Below, piece after piece: positions 22,315-31,870 of a DNA stretch of 64,000 nucleotides (its first letter is position 1; each line of letters begins with the position of its first letter). Source of the stretch: Nitrospirota bacterium (GTDB lineage Bacteria; Nitrospirota; UBA9217); the NCBI GenBank assembly GCA_963749655.1, contig CAVVOB010000039.1:33085-97084 (forward strand), written 5' to 3'. A model generated the notes under the pieces. The model was not told the DNA's origin. It ran no database searches and worked only from the letters and a program-made list of their open reading frames with translations. The position numbers and the translations under genes are program-made.

Positions 22315-23766
22315 ATGAAGGACTTGTTGAAACAACTGCCGTCGGTCGATGAGGTGCTGAAGGCGGACCGGACCCGGCAATGGCTCGAAACCAGCCCGCG
22401 CGCCCTCGTGCTCGAAGCCGTCAGAACGGCCATCGACGGCATGCGAAAGGCGATTCTCGAAGCGGGGCCGACAGGGATCCGGCAGGACGTAGAGCTCGCA
22501 GACGTCCTTGCCCGGGCCGAAAAGATCCTCCGAGAGCTCTCTGAGCCGAGCCTTAAGCGTGTCATCAACGCCACCGGCGTCGTCGTCCACACGAACCTGG
22601 GCAGATCCATCCTTTCAGAAAAAGCGATCGAGCGCGTTGTCGAGGTGAGCCGGGGCTACTCGAACCTGGAATACGACATCGCAGCGGGCGAACGGGGCAA
22701 ACGCCATGTGCACGTCGAAGCCATCCTCGCCAGGCTCACGGGCGTTGAAGCGGCCACGGCAGTGAACAACAATGCCGCGGCAGTGCTTCTTTGCCTCAAC
22801 ACGCTGGCCCGGGGCAAGGAAGTGGTCGTTTCGCGGGGAGAGCTCGTGGAGATCGGCGGCTCGTTCCGCGTGCCCGAGGTCATGGAGCGCAGCGGCGCAA
22901 TCCTGCGCGAAGTGGGCGCCACGAACAAGACCCATCTCAAGGACTACGAAAAAGCGATCAACGATAATACGGGGCTGCTGCTCAAGGTCCACACCAGCAA
23001 TTATAAGATCGTGGGATTCACGAAAGAAGTCACGCCCGAAGAACTGGCTCAGCTGGGGAAAAAGCGGAAGATTCCCGTTATGTGGGACCTCGGGAGCGGC
23101 AGCTTCATCGACCTCCGGGCCTACGGCGCGGGCGACGAGCCCACGGTGCAGCAGGCTGTTGACGCGGGCCTGGACATCGTCACCTTCAGCGGCGACAAGC
23201 TCCTGGGCGGCCCCCAGGCCGGAATGATCCTGGGGAAAAAGAACCTCCTCGATGCCATCCGTTCCAACCCCCTTACCCGCGCGCTCAGGCTCGACAAGAT
23301 GACCCTGGCCGCGCTGGACGCGACGTTGAGCCAGTACCTCGACATGGACAAGGCTGCGAAGGACATCCCCACGCTCTGGATGCTGACCCAGCCCCTTTCC
23401 GAGATCGAACGAAAGGCCGAGCTGCTGGCCGCCGGCATCAGGTCCGCTTCCGGGTCCGGACTGGCCGTATCGTTCCAGGCGGACAAATCGCAAAGCGGCG
23501 GCGGCGCGCTGCCCACGGGGAATTTCCCCACGCGGACCGTCTGCCTCCGCCATAAGACCTTGAGCGCAAACCAGATCGAGTTAGGCCTCCGCCTCGGACG
23601 CCCACCCATCATCGCACGCATCAAGGAGGGGATGGTGGTTTTCGATCCGCGAACGCTCAATGATGAAGAGATCGGAAAGATCGTGGAAGCGATAGGAAAA
23701 CTGTATCAAGGGTCCGGTAGCCAGGGTCCAGGGTCCACGAATCAGAAAACAGACACTATCAAATAA
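22315..23766 (+). CDS. selA: L-seryl-tRNA(Sec) selenium transferase
   Basis: VINATGVVVHTNLGRS, SRGELVEIGGSFR and FSGDKLLGGPQAG (PLP lysine). Confidence 0.96.
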   Translation: MKDLLKQLPSVDEVLKADRTRQWLETSPRALVLEAVRTAIDGMRKAILEAGPTGIRQDVELADVLARAEKILRELSEPSLKRVINATGVVVHTNLGRSILSEKAIERVVEVSRGYSNLEYDIAAGERGKRHVHVEAILARLTGVEAATAVNNNAAAVLLCLNTLARGKEVVVSRGELVEIGGSFRVPEVMERSGAILREVGATNKTHLKDYEKAINDNTGLLLKVHTSNYKIVGFTKEVTPEELAQLGKKRKIPVMWDLGSGSFIDLRAYGAGDEPTVQQAVDAGLDIVTFSGDKLLGGPQAGMILGKKNLLDAIRSNPLTRALRLDKMTLAALDATLSQYLDMDKAAKDIPTLWMLTQPLSEIERKAELLAAGIRSASGSGLAVSFQADKSQSGGGALPTGNFPTRTVCLRHKTLSANQIELGLRLGRPPIIARIKEGMVVFDPRTLNDEEIGKIVEAIGKLYQGSGSQGPGSTNQKTDTIK

Positions 23767-23842
23767 TAATTCTGAAAATTTTTTTCTCGATTGCTTGCTG
23801 CTTTTCCCCGGCCACCGGCCCCAGGCCCCCGGCCCCTTCTTT

Positions 23843-25744
23843 ATGAAATACATTATCCTCGGCACTGCCGGACATATCGACCACGGAAAATCGAGCCTCG
23901 TCAAGGCCCTGACGGGCGTTGACCCCGACCGTTTGAAGGAAGAAAAAGAGCGCGGCATTACCCTCGATCTCGGCTTCGCGTCGATCGACCTTCCGGGAGG
24001 AAACCGCCTCGGCATTGTCGACGTTCCCGGACATGAAGGCCTGATCAAGAACATGCTCGCCGGCGTCGGCGGCATCGATATCGTGATGCTGGTGATCGCC
24101 GCGGACGAGGGGATCATGCCGCAGACCCGCGAACACCTCGCCATCTGCGATCTCCTGCACGTGAAGAAAGGCATCATCGCACTGACAAAAACAGACATGG
24201 TCGAGAAGGACTGGCTCGTGCTGGTCCAGGACGAAATAAGGGACTTTGTCAAGGGGACCTTTCTCGAGCGCGCTCCCATCGTCCCGGTCTCATCCAAGAC
24301 GGGCGAAAATCTGTCCGGCCTGACCGCGGAACTCGGCAGGATGGCCAATGACGTCACCCCGAAATCCCCCAACGGCATCCTTCGCCTTCCCATCGACCGC
24401 GTATTTACCATGAAGGGGTTCGGCACCGTCGTTACCGGAACACTCCTCTCCGGCACGATCAGCCTCGAACAGGAGGTCGTCGTGCTGCCGCGAAAGCTCC
24501 AGACCAGGGTGCGCGGCATCCAGTCCCACAACCAGACGGTGCAGCGCGCCGTCGCGGGCCAACGCACGGCGGTAAATCTCCAGGGCATGGAGAAAGACCA
24601 GCTGTCGCGCGGCGATGCCATAGTCAGCGCCGGCTTTTTTACACCGACCAGAACGATCGATGCAAAGCTCGACCTTCTCAAGCAGGCGCCGCGCGGGCTC
24701 AAGACCGGGGCGCGCATCCGTTTCTACAATACGACCCAGGAGGCCATCGGCAGAATTACGGTGCTGGGATCAACCGAAATTACCCCGGGCCAGGAAGCCT
24801 TCGTCCAGATGCGCTTTGAACAACCTGTTATCGTCCAGCACGGAGACCGGTACATCCTGCGATTCTATTCGCCCATGGAGACCCTCGGCGGCGGCATGGT
24901 CCTCAATCCGCATACCCGGCGGCACCGGCAGGCGACCATGAAGGAATCGCTTGAGAACCTGCAAGCGCTCAATGAGGGGACGATCGACAACAAACTCTCG
25001 CTCCTCGTCGCGGGTAGAGGGCTTGTCGGCATGACCGAGGCCGAAGCCATCGGTGTGATTGCATCGGACAAACAGGAGATTACAGGGTCCCTGGCGTCGC
25101 TGGTCCAGAAAAAGATCGTGTTTCGCATCGATACCCTCTATGTTCATGCAACCCATCTCGGGACACTCGAAAAAAAGGTCATGGACCTCGTCAAACAGTA
25201 TCATCGGGACAATCCCCTGAAATCCGGCATGGACAAGGAAGAGCTCAAAGGCATGCTCAGGCTGCGAGTCGACGCAAAGGTGCTGAACATTGCCGTTGAA
25301 GGGCTCGTCAAGAAGAAGCAGCTTGAACTCGACGGGTCAAAACTGCGGGCGCCCGGCTTCAAAGCCGCGGGCGGCAAGGTCAATGACGAGGTCAAAAACA
25401 AGATCGTTGCCGCAATCAAGAAAGGCGGCACCCAGCCGCCGGTCCGGGAGGAACTTCCCACTCTCTTCGGCATAGCGGACAAAGACGCGCGGGACCTGCT
25501 GAAACTCCTGGCCGACGAAGGCAGGACCGTGCGCATCAATGATTCGCTTCACCTGGACAGGGACGTCGTAGAGGCGATCAGGACTGACCTCAAAAGGCAT
25601 CTGGAGGAAAAAAAGGAAATCACCATGGCGGAGTTTCGCGATCTGGCCAAAACGTCGCGCAAATTTGCCGTGCCGATCATGGAATACTTCGACTCGCAGA
25701 AACTGACGCAGCGGGTCGGCGACAAACGGGTATTGAGAGGCTGA
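23843..25744 (+). CDS. selB: Selenocysteine-specific elongation factor
   Basis: GTAGHIDHGKS, RGITLDLGF, DVPGH; C-terminal winged-helix ending SRKFAVPIMEYFD. Confidence 0.96.
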   Translation: MKYIILGTAGHIDHGKSSLVKALTGVDPDRLKEEKERGITLDLGFASIDLPGGNRLGIVDVPGHEGLIKNMLAGVGGIDIVMLVIAADEGIMPQTREHLAICDLLHVKKGIIALTKTDMVEKDWLVLVQDEIRDFVKGTFLERAPIVPVSSKTGENLSGLTAELGRMANDVTPKSPNGILRLPIDRVFTMKGFGTVVTGTLLSGTISLEQEVVVLPRKLQTRVRGIQSHNQTVQRAVAGQRTAVNLQGMEKDQLSRGDAIVSAGFFTPTRTIDAKLDLLKQAPRGLKTGARIRFYNTTQEAIGRITVLGSTEITPGQEAFVQMRFEQPVIVQHGDRYILRFYSPMETLGGGMVLNPHTRRHRQATMKESLENLQALNEGTIDNKLSLLVAGRGLVGMTEAEAIGVIASDKQEITGSLASLVQKKIVFRIDTLYVHATHLGTLEKKVMDLVKQYHRDNPLKSGMDKEELKGMLRLRVDAKVLNIAVEGLVKKKQLELDGSKLRAPGFKAAGGKVNDEVKNKIVAAIKKGGTQPPVREELPTLFGIADKDARDLLKLLADEGRTVRINDSLHLDRDVVEAIRTDLKRHLEEKKEITMAEFRDLAKTSRKFAVPIMEYFDSQKLTQRVGDKRVLRG

Positions 25745-25859
25745 CACCTACCCGGTTTCCCGCCCAAACGTCCTCATGCCATCTGTTTTGACTTTCTATT
25801 TTTCCCGGAATGTCGTATTATTTCCTTCAACCTTCCGCATCGCGCAAGGAGTAATGAAT

Positions 25860-26171
25860 ATGAATCTGGCCGCTGTTGCATCTCTCGCTTTTATCCTGAA
25901 CCTCCCTTTCGGCTACTGGAGGGTAAATGAAAAAAAACTCTCGCCTCGCTGGTTTGTCGCCGTCCACGTACCGGTTCCCTTCATCATCGCTCTTCGCGTC
26001 TTTTCCGGTCTGGGCTGGCAGTTCATAACTTTTCCGGTTATGATCGGCGCCTACTTCGGCGGCCAGTTTCTGGGCGGCAAATTCCACGATCTGCGCAGTA
26101 CTAAATCAGGGGTCCGGGTCAGTTCCTGCCTGGTCTGGGACCTCGTAAGCCCCGGTCTGAAACAGCGCTGA
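25860..26171 (+). CDS. Small conserved membrane protein
   Basis: NLPFGYWR..WFVAVHVPVP motif; AAGGAG RBS upstream. Confidence 0.6.
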   Translation: MNLAAVASLAFILNLPFGYWRVNEKKLSPRWFVAVHVPVPFIIALRVFSGLGWQFITFPVMIGAYFGGQFLGGKFHDLRSTKSGVRVSSCLVWDLVSPGLKQR

Positions 26172-26360
26172 AGAACTCCTTCACTGGATCTCGTGCCACG
26201 CTATTCCCGCGTTTTCACCGCAGATTCCCGCCTCGGTTAAACGACTTCCTCGTTCCGGGCTGCCCGGACATGCGGCTGTGTTCGTGTATACGCACGGCAT
26301 TGTCTTCAGCATCATGTTTCGGCGCGGGCAGTGGTATACTTGGCATGGAGGACGTCGGCA

Positions 26361-27596
26361 TTGCCTGAACAAAGAGTGATAAGCACACTTTTCAGCTCTC
26401 TCCGGCACCGGAACTTTCGCCTGTTCTGGTTCGGACAGCTCGTATCTCTTATCGGCACGTGGATGCAGAACGTCGGCCAGGCATGGCTCGTGCTTGAACT
26501 GACGCATTCCTCGCTGAAACTCGGCATCGTATCTGCGCTGCAGTTTGCTCCTATGCTGTTCCTGTCCCTTCCCGCCGGCGTGATGATCGACTCTTTCCCG
26601 AAACGAAAGATCATCATTGCCACGCAAATCGCCATGATGATCCTGGCCCTGACGCTTGCCGCCCTGGACTGGAGCGGGACGGTCCGCTATTGGCAAGTCG
26701 TGATCCTCGCAACGCTACTGGGCGTCGCCAATACGATCGACATGCCCGCTCGCCAGGCGTTCCTGATCGAAATGGTCGGCAAGGATGACCTCATGAACGC
26801 TATTGCGTTGAACTCGTCGATCTTTAACGCCGCTCGTGCTATTGGTCCGGCGATCGCAGGCATCCTGATCGGACTCCTGGGTACGGCGGCCTGTTTTCTG
26901 GTGAACGGCTTAAGCTACCTGGCCGTTCTCTGGGGGCTTTCCCGCATGACCTTTAAAAGCGTTGCCGCGCAGGAGCCGCGCACCTACCAAATGCTGCAGG
27001 ACATCACCGAGGCGCTCAAATACATCAGGAGCACTCCCGCAATACTGGTCACCATTCTGCTCGTTGCAGTCGTCAGCATTTTCGGATCCAATTTTACCGT
27101 CCTCGTGCCGGTTTTCTCCCGTCAGGAGCTCCATAAGGATGCCGCGGCCTTCGGCTTTCTCATGTCGTCCTTCGGCTCCGGCGCTCTCATCGGCGCCGTG
27201 TCCCTTGCCCTCATGAGCCGCAGCGGCCCCCGACCGCTTTTTCTATTGGGAGGCGGCATCTGCCTTTCCTTTTTCCTCATTCTCATCGGCGTGCAGCGGT
27301 CCTTCGGGATCACGGCAGTGCTCCTGGCGTTGTCCGGCTGGTCCATGGTGACCTTTTTCGGCATGGCGAATACAACGGTCCAGCTCAATACGGAAGACCG
27401 CCTTCGCGGAAGGGTCATGAGTGTTTATACCTTCACCTTTGGAGGATTGACGCCTTTCGGAAGTCTTTTCGCGGGAGTAACGGCCCACTGGATCAAAGCA
27501 CCCCTTGCCTTTGCCCTCGGCGGGTTGATCTGCGGGATCGTTTTCGTGATCGCGGCGTTGATGCGGAAAAAAGTGCCGGCCTGGCGGGATGCATAG
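26361..27596 (+). CDS. MFS transporter (DHA3/MFS_3-like)
   Basis: LRHRNFRLFWFGQLVSLIGTWMQ, PARQA and LRGRVMS; about 12 TMs; TTG start chosen after GGAGG. Confidence 0.88.
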   Translation: MPEQRVISTLFSSLRHRNFRLFWFGQLVSLIGTWMQNVGQAWLVLELTHSSLKLGIVSALQFAPMLFLSLPAGVMIDSFPKRKIIIATQIAMMILALTLAALDWSGTVRYWQVVILATLLGVANTIDMPARQAFLIEMVGKDDLMNAIALNSSIFNAARAIGPAIAGILIGLLGTAACFLVNGLSYLAVLWGLSRMTFKSVAAQEPRTYQMLQDITEALKYIRSTPAILVTILLVAVVSIFGSNFTVLVPVFSRQELHKDAAAFGFLMSSFGSGALIGAVSLALMSRSGPRPLFLLGGGICLSFFLILIGVQRSFGITAVLLALSGWSMVTFFGMANTTVQLNTEDRLRGRVMSVYTFTFGGLTPFGSLFAGVTAHWIKAPLAFALGGLICGIVFVIAALMRKKVPAWRDA

Positions 27597-27731
27597 CACC
27601 CGCCTTTCCGGACGTCTCTTCGCGCTGCGGCGACAGAGGCATTCCCTCTACCGTTCGGGAAGCTGAATATTCCGATCACAGACGCCCGCCTTTGCTATGA
27701 TCTCTCCATTTTTTATGCTATTATATCTTCC

Positions 27732-29706
27732 ATGCCTGAACAGGAAATCAACATCCTTCGCGAGCTGATCATCATCCTCGCTGTTTCGCTTCCCATAACC
27801 TACCTTTTTCACCGCGCCAAATTGCCTGCTCTCGTCGGATTCCTGATCACGGGAATCCTCATCGGACCCTATGGAGCGGCGATCATCACCGAGATCCATG
27901 TCGTCGAGCGCCTTGCCGATATCGGCGTAGTCCTTCTTCTGTTCACGGTGGGGCTTGAATTTTCCATTGCCGACATTCTGAGGACGGGACGCCAGCTCCT
28001 GGCAGGCGGGATAACCCAGGTTCTGCTGACCATTGCGGCAGTAACGGGCATTGCAGTAGCGCTCCACTACCCACTGCACCAGGCCGTCTTTTTCGGATTT
28101 CTTGCGTCCCTCAGCAGCACCGCCATCGTGCTGAAGATGTATGCCGACAGGACCGAACTCGATACGGCCCATGGACGGCTCGCCACCGGCATCCTGCTTT
28201 TTCAGGACATCGCCGTCGTGCCCATGATGCTCCTGCTGCCGGTCCTGAGCACCGCAGGCAACGGTCACGCTTCTTTCCGTAGTGCTTTCACTGGGAAAAG
28301 CGCTTATCGGTCTTATCGCGGTTTATGTTGCGGCGCGCAAGGCGGTCCCCTTCCTTCTGCACCAGGTGATACGGCTCAGGAACCGCGAGATGTTCTTCCT
28401 GCTGGTCGTACTCCTCTGCCTCGGAACCGCATGGATTACCTATTCCCTGAATCTCTCACTCGCTCTGGGCGCGTTCCTGGCGGGGCTTATCATCTCGGAG
28501 TCCGAGTACAGCCACCATATCGTGACCGAAATCATGCCGTTCCGGGACTACTTCGCGAGCATCTTCTTCATATCCATCGGCATGCTGCTCCATACCAGCT
28601 ACTTTGCCGCGCACTGGCCGGTTCTCATGGCAATGACGTTTGCCCTCGTAGCTTTGAAAACAGCTCTCGTTGTTGCAACGGCGAAAACACTGCGCTACCC
28701 CATCAGATCGGCGCTGCTGACCGGCCTGGGGCTTGCGCAGATCGGGGAATTCGCCTTCCTGCTCGCCCAACAGGGCCAGATGAAGGGATTGATGGGCGAG
28801 GACATCTTTCAGATGTTCATCAACACGTCCATCCTGAGCATGCTCATAACACCCTTCCTGATTCAGGCCGGACCATGGATGACTGTGCGACTGGCTGTTT
28901 TGCCCGGCAATCAGGGAGAAAAGGCTGAAGAGTGCGGACTGAAGGGCCACACCATTATCGTGGGCTACGGCTTGAACGGCCAGAACCTTGCGAAAACGCT
29001 CAAGGCTACCCACATCCCCTATGTGGTGCTCGAGGTGAATGCCGACACGATCCGCAAGGCGCGTGCGGAAGGAGAGCCGATCCTGTATGGAGATATCACC
29101 CGGCGGGATGCGCTCCAACGCTCAGGCGTTGACTGCGCGAAAGTGATCGTATTCGCGATATCGGACTATGCAGCTGCACGGATCGCCATCCCCGCAGTTC
29201 GTGAGTTGAATCCCTCGATATTCATCCTCATCCGAACGCGGTATGCCGCTGAAGTGGACGAACTGTACAAGCTCGGCGCGAACCAGGTCATTCCCGAGGA
29301 GTTCGAGACTTCCATCGAGATATTCTCGCGCGTCCTCCACGAATATCACGTACCGAACAATGTCATCGCCAACCAGATCCAGCTCGTCCGGTTCGGCGGT
29401 TATAAGATGCTCCGCGGCGTTTCCCTCGACCAGGAGAATCTCGGCCGTGTTGCAGCGCTTTTTGCAGGCGCCACCGTTGACAGCATCCAGATCGGGCCCG
29501 ACTCACCGGCTGCGGGAATGACACTCCGCGATCTCGACATCAGAAACAGAACAGGCGCCACGGTCATCGCCGTTGCACGGAACGGTGAAGCAGTCGCGAA
29601 TCCGGGCCCTGATTTCGCCCTGCTAACCGACGATATCGTCGTGGTCCTCGGCGCTCATGCGGACCTGGACAAAGCAGTGAGCTTGCTGACGCGAAATCAA
29701 GGGTGA
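27732..29706 (+). CDS. CPA2/KefB-type cation:proton antiporter with TrkA-N and TrkA-C domains (frameshift near 28275)
   Basis: SLSSTAIV, GILLFQD, AQIGEFAF, IIVGYGLNG and a C-terminal RCK domain. Confidence 0.88.
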
Positions 29707-29868
29707 GCGGATTTCAGAAGGCAATTCCGGAGCGAAACGGGAAACATCCGAAGGGAGCGCAGAAATCCAGTTGCGGTCAGGCGAGGACTCAAGTATAATT
29801 ACACCATCGACCGCTTTTCATATCTAAGCAGCACTATCCTGTCTGTATGTTCAGTCTACCTTCTACAA

Positions 29869-29967
29869 GGGAGAGGTTACGGAGCTGGTGCCCGTCCCGG
29901 CCTTCAAAGCCGTTGTCACCGTGCGAGAGTACGGTGAGGTGAGTTCGATTCTCATGCTCTCCCGCCA
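29869..29967 (+). tRNA. selC: tRNA-Sec (anticodon UCA)
   Basis: GGGAGAG/CTCTCCC acceptor with G discriminator and CCA; TCA at 29904-29906; long variable arm TCACCGTGC-GAGA-GTACGGTGA; T-arm GTGAG-TTCGATT-CTCAT; selA/selB nearby. Confidence 0.93.
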
Positions 29968-29969
29968 TT
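29944..29969 (+). repeat. attL core (tRNA 3' end)
   Basis: TTCGATTCTCATGCTCTCCCGCCATT, identical to 42000-42025. Confidence 0.93.
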
Positions 29970-30014
29970 CAAATTCAGTATTTCAATGAGTTAACGCGGA
30001 GAATGCCTTTATTT

Positions 30015-30032
30015 TCTCCCCGTGCTCTCCCC
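30015..30032 (+). repeat. Candidate integrase arm-type sites (left)
   Basis: TCTCCCCGTGCTCTCCCC, 17/18 identical to 41940-41957. Confidence 0.65.
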
Positions 30033-30155
30033 GCAATTCATCGGCTTGCGGTCTTTCTTTCCCTGATAGGTCAACTTCATGGTTACAATGATGTCCATGA
30101 GCTGACACCTTTCGTTCTTTTCGTTCAGTCTTTTTAAAACACGGTCGAGTTTGTT

Positions 30156-30195
30156 ATAGCCCCGGGTTTCTCTGGTTCGGAGATCCCGGGGCTAT
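30156..30195. terminator. Strong stem-loop downstream of the small minus-strand ORF
   Basis: ATAGCCCCGGG...CCCGGGGCTAT, 11-bp perfect arms. Confidence 0.6.
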
Positions 30196-30203
30196 TGGTC
30201 TTA

Positions 30204-30296
30204 CTACAGCAGACCGCAGTCTTTGAGAAATCTTATGATGCTGATCAAAATCTTTTCTACCGGCGTTCTTCTCGTCTGCTTTCGTCTTTTTTTCAT
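30204..30296 (-). CDS. 30-aa basic amphipathic peptide
   Basis: AAAGGAGG RBS; MKKRRKQTRRTPVEKILISIIRFLKDCGLL; double stop TAG TAA; hairpin follows. Confidence 0.5.
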   Translation of the reverse strand: MKKRRKQTRRTPVEKILISIIRFLKDCGLL

Positions 30297-30462
30297 TTGT
30301 GCCTCCTTTCCTGAACGTTTTTAACATAAAATTTGAAAGTGTTTGGGCCGGACAACGGCACCTGCCACACTCCCGCTACGGTAGCAAATTTCCCTGCCAC
30401 GTTCTGGCAGGTGATGGAACTTTCTTTTTCACTGCTCACCTTCCATCCCTTTTTTATTTCCC

Positions 30463-30497
30463 TTGACAATAGCTAAAATATTAGCTATTATAATAGC
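30463..30497 (+). promoter_or_regulatory. Sigma70 promoter overlapped by palindromic operators
   Basis: TTGACA-17-TATTAT; perfect palindromes AATAGCTAA-AATA-TTAGCTATT (30468-30489) and GCTATTATAATAGC (30484-30497). Confidence 0.75.
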
Positions 30498-30520
30498 CAT
30501 CGCATCGGAAAGGAGGCGGC

Positions 30521-30721
30521 ATGGTCAATTTGAAGTTCAAGACGGTTTCGGAGTTGAGGCAGCAGGCGACGCAGATCGTGGCCGAGGTCGAGCGAACCGG
30601 CAAGCAGGTTATCATCACGAAGAACGGGAAGCCAGTGGTAGTGATTCAGCGTGTTACAGAAGAAGAGTTGAGTCTGGACAAACCGAAGAAAAAAAATAAA
30701 AAAGGGAGGAAACGAAAATGA
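30521..30721 (+). CDS. Phd/YefM-family antitoxin
   Basis: TVSELRQQATQIVAEV..VIITKNGKPVVVI; AAGGAGG RBS. Confidence 0.85.
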   Translation: MVNLKFKTVSELRQQATQIVAEVERTGKQVIITKNGKPVVVIQRVTEEELSLDKPKKKNKKGRKRK

Positions 30722-31005
30722 AAAGGATCAAGAAAACGAACCACAGAACAAATCGGGTGCGCCTGTTCGTGCAAATAGTTCGAAGGGCCGCGAAGCAGCC
30801 TAGTCGCACATCCGCCGATACAATCACCGCAGTAAAACAGCTCTTTTCGATCGCTGAAAGGTTGGAGCACAAATACGACTGGCTTTTGATGAGAAGACTT
30901 TTTGCAAAACGGGTGTTTAAGCGCGGCACATACGATCATTTAATGTCTGAACTGGTGCACCTGTTACCGCTCTACCGTGAGAAAATAAAACCATTGGCAG
31001 CTTAG
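30718..31005 (+). CDS. Hypothetical basic protein coupled to the Phd gene
   Basis: ATGA overlap, GGAGG RBS, followed by a hairpin. Confidence 0.6.
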   Translation: MKRIKKTNHRTNRVRLFVQIVRRAAKQPSRTSADTITAVKQLFSIAERLEHKYDWLLMRRLFAKRVFKRGTYDHLMSELVHLLPLYREKIKPLAA

Positions 31006-31010
31006 GCGAC

Positions 31011-31043
31011 CAGGCCCCCCGGATGCTCAGGGGGGCTTTCTCT
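31011..31043 (+). terminator. Terminator after the Phd operon
   Basis: GCCCCCC-loop-GGGGGGC followed by TTTCTCTT. Confidence 0.55.
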
Positions 31044-31051
31044 TCTCACTG

Positions 31052-31720
31052 ATGAAAACGAAAATGAAAATGGAAAGGGTGAAAAAAATGGAGAAGATAA
31101 AAAGACCATCGGAGTTTTTGACTGCAGATGAAGTTAAAGCGCTTCTCCGGGTGCCGGATCGTCGCACGCTCCAGGGAAGGCGTGATTATGCTCTCCTGCT
31201 CCTGATGCTGTCGAGTGGCTTGAGAAAAGCGGAGGTGTGCAGCTTGAACATCGAGAACCTTACCACGTATAGGAATCAGACGGTTGTGGATGTGATCGGC
31301 AAAGGTAAGAAGCAACGGCGTGTCGCCCTCACTGAAGAGGTCATGGAAGCGGTCCTTGACTATCAGAAGTCGCTCAAGAACAGCCTGCCTCAGCTTTTCG
31401 CGGAAGGAGCTGGCGAGGTCGGCGCCCGGCCGCTCTTCTTCACCTTGGGCGAGCGCGGGAATTGCGAACCTGTCCCGCTCACGCACAAGGCGGTTGATTG
31501 CCTGATGCGGAGGGTTAAGAAGTCCGCGTTGCTTTCGAAGCGGATCACGCCGCACACCACGCGCCACACGTTCGCAACTTCCCTTCTGGACAAAGGCGTT
31601 GACCTGCGGACCGTCCAGGAGCTTCTAGGGCATAGCGATTTACGTACAACGACGGTGTACCTGCATACGTCCGATGAAAAGAAGATCGATGCCGTTGCAC
31701 GGCTGCAGTTCGGTCTGTAG
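31052..31720 (+). CDS. Short tyrosine recombinase (catalytic domain only; Xer/FimB/ResD-like)
   Basis: SGLRKAEV, GKGKKQR, PHTTRHTFAT and LLGHSDLRTTTVY give a complete R-K-H-R-H-Y set. Confidence 0.9.
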   Translation: MKTKMKMERVKKMEKIKRPSEFLTADEVKALLRVPDRRTLQGRRDYALLLLMLSSGLRKAEVCSLNIENLTTYRNQTVVDVIGKGKKQRRVALTEEVMEAVLDYQKSLKNSLPQLFAEGAGEVGARPLFFTLGERGNCEPVPLTHKAVDCLMRRVKKSALLSKRITPHTTRHTFATSLLDKGVDLRTVQELLGHSDLRTTTVYLHTSDEKKIDAVARLQFGL

Positions 31721-31734
31721 AGAAAGGCCTGAAA

Positions 31735-31765
31735 TGGGTCATATAATCCTATCTTTTATTACCCA
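31735..31765. other. Candidate recombinase core site (12-7-12 imperfect palindrome)
   Basis: TGGGTCATATAA-TCCTATC-TTTTATTACCCA; an additional inverted arm lies at 31825-31839. Confidence 0.6.
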
Positions 31766-31870
31766 ACGGGGAAGTTCAGCAACGTCGGTTCGCGGACTTA
31801 CCGGGGCTCGACCTCTGGCACGAATGGGTAATAAAAGATCATTTCTCAAACTCGAAAGGACGGGTGAACT

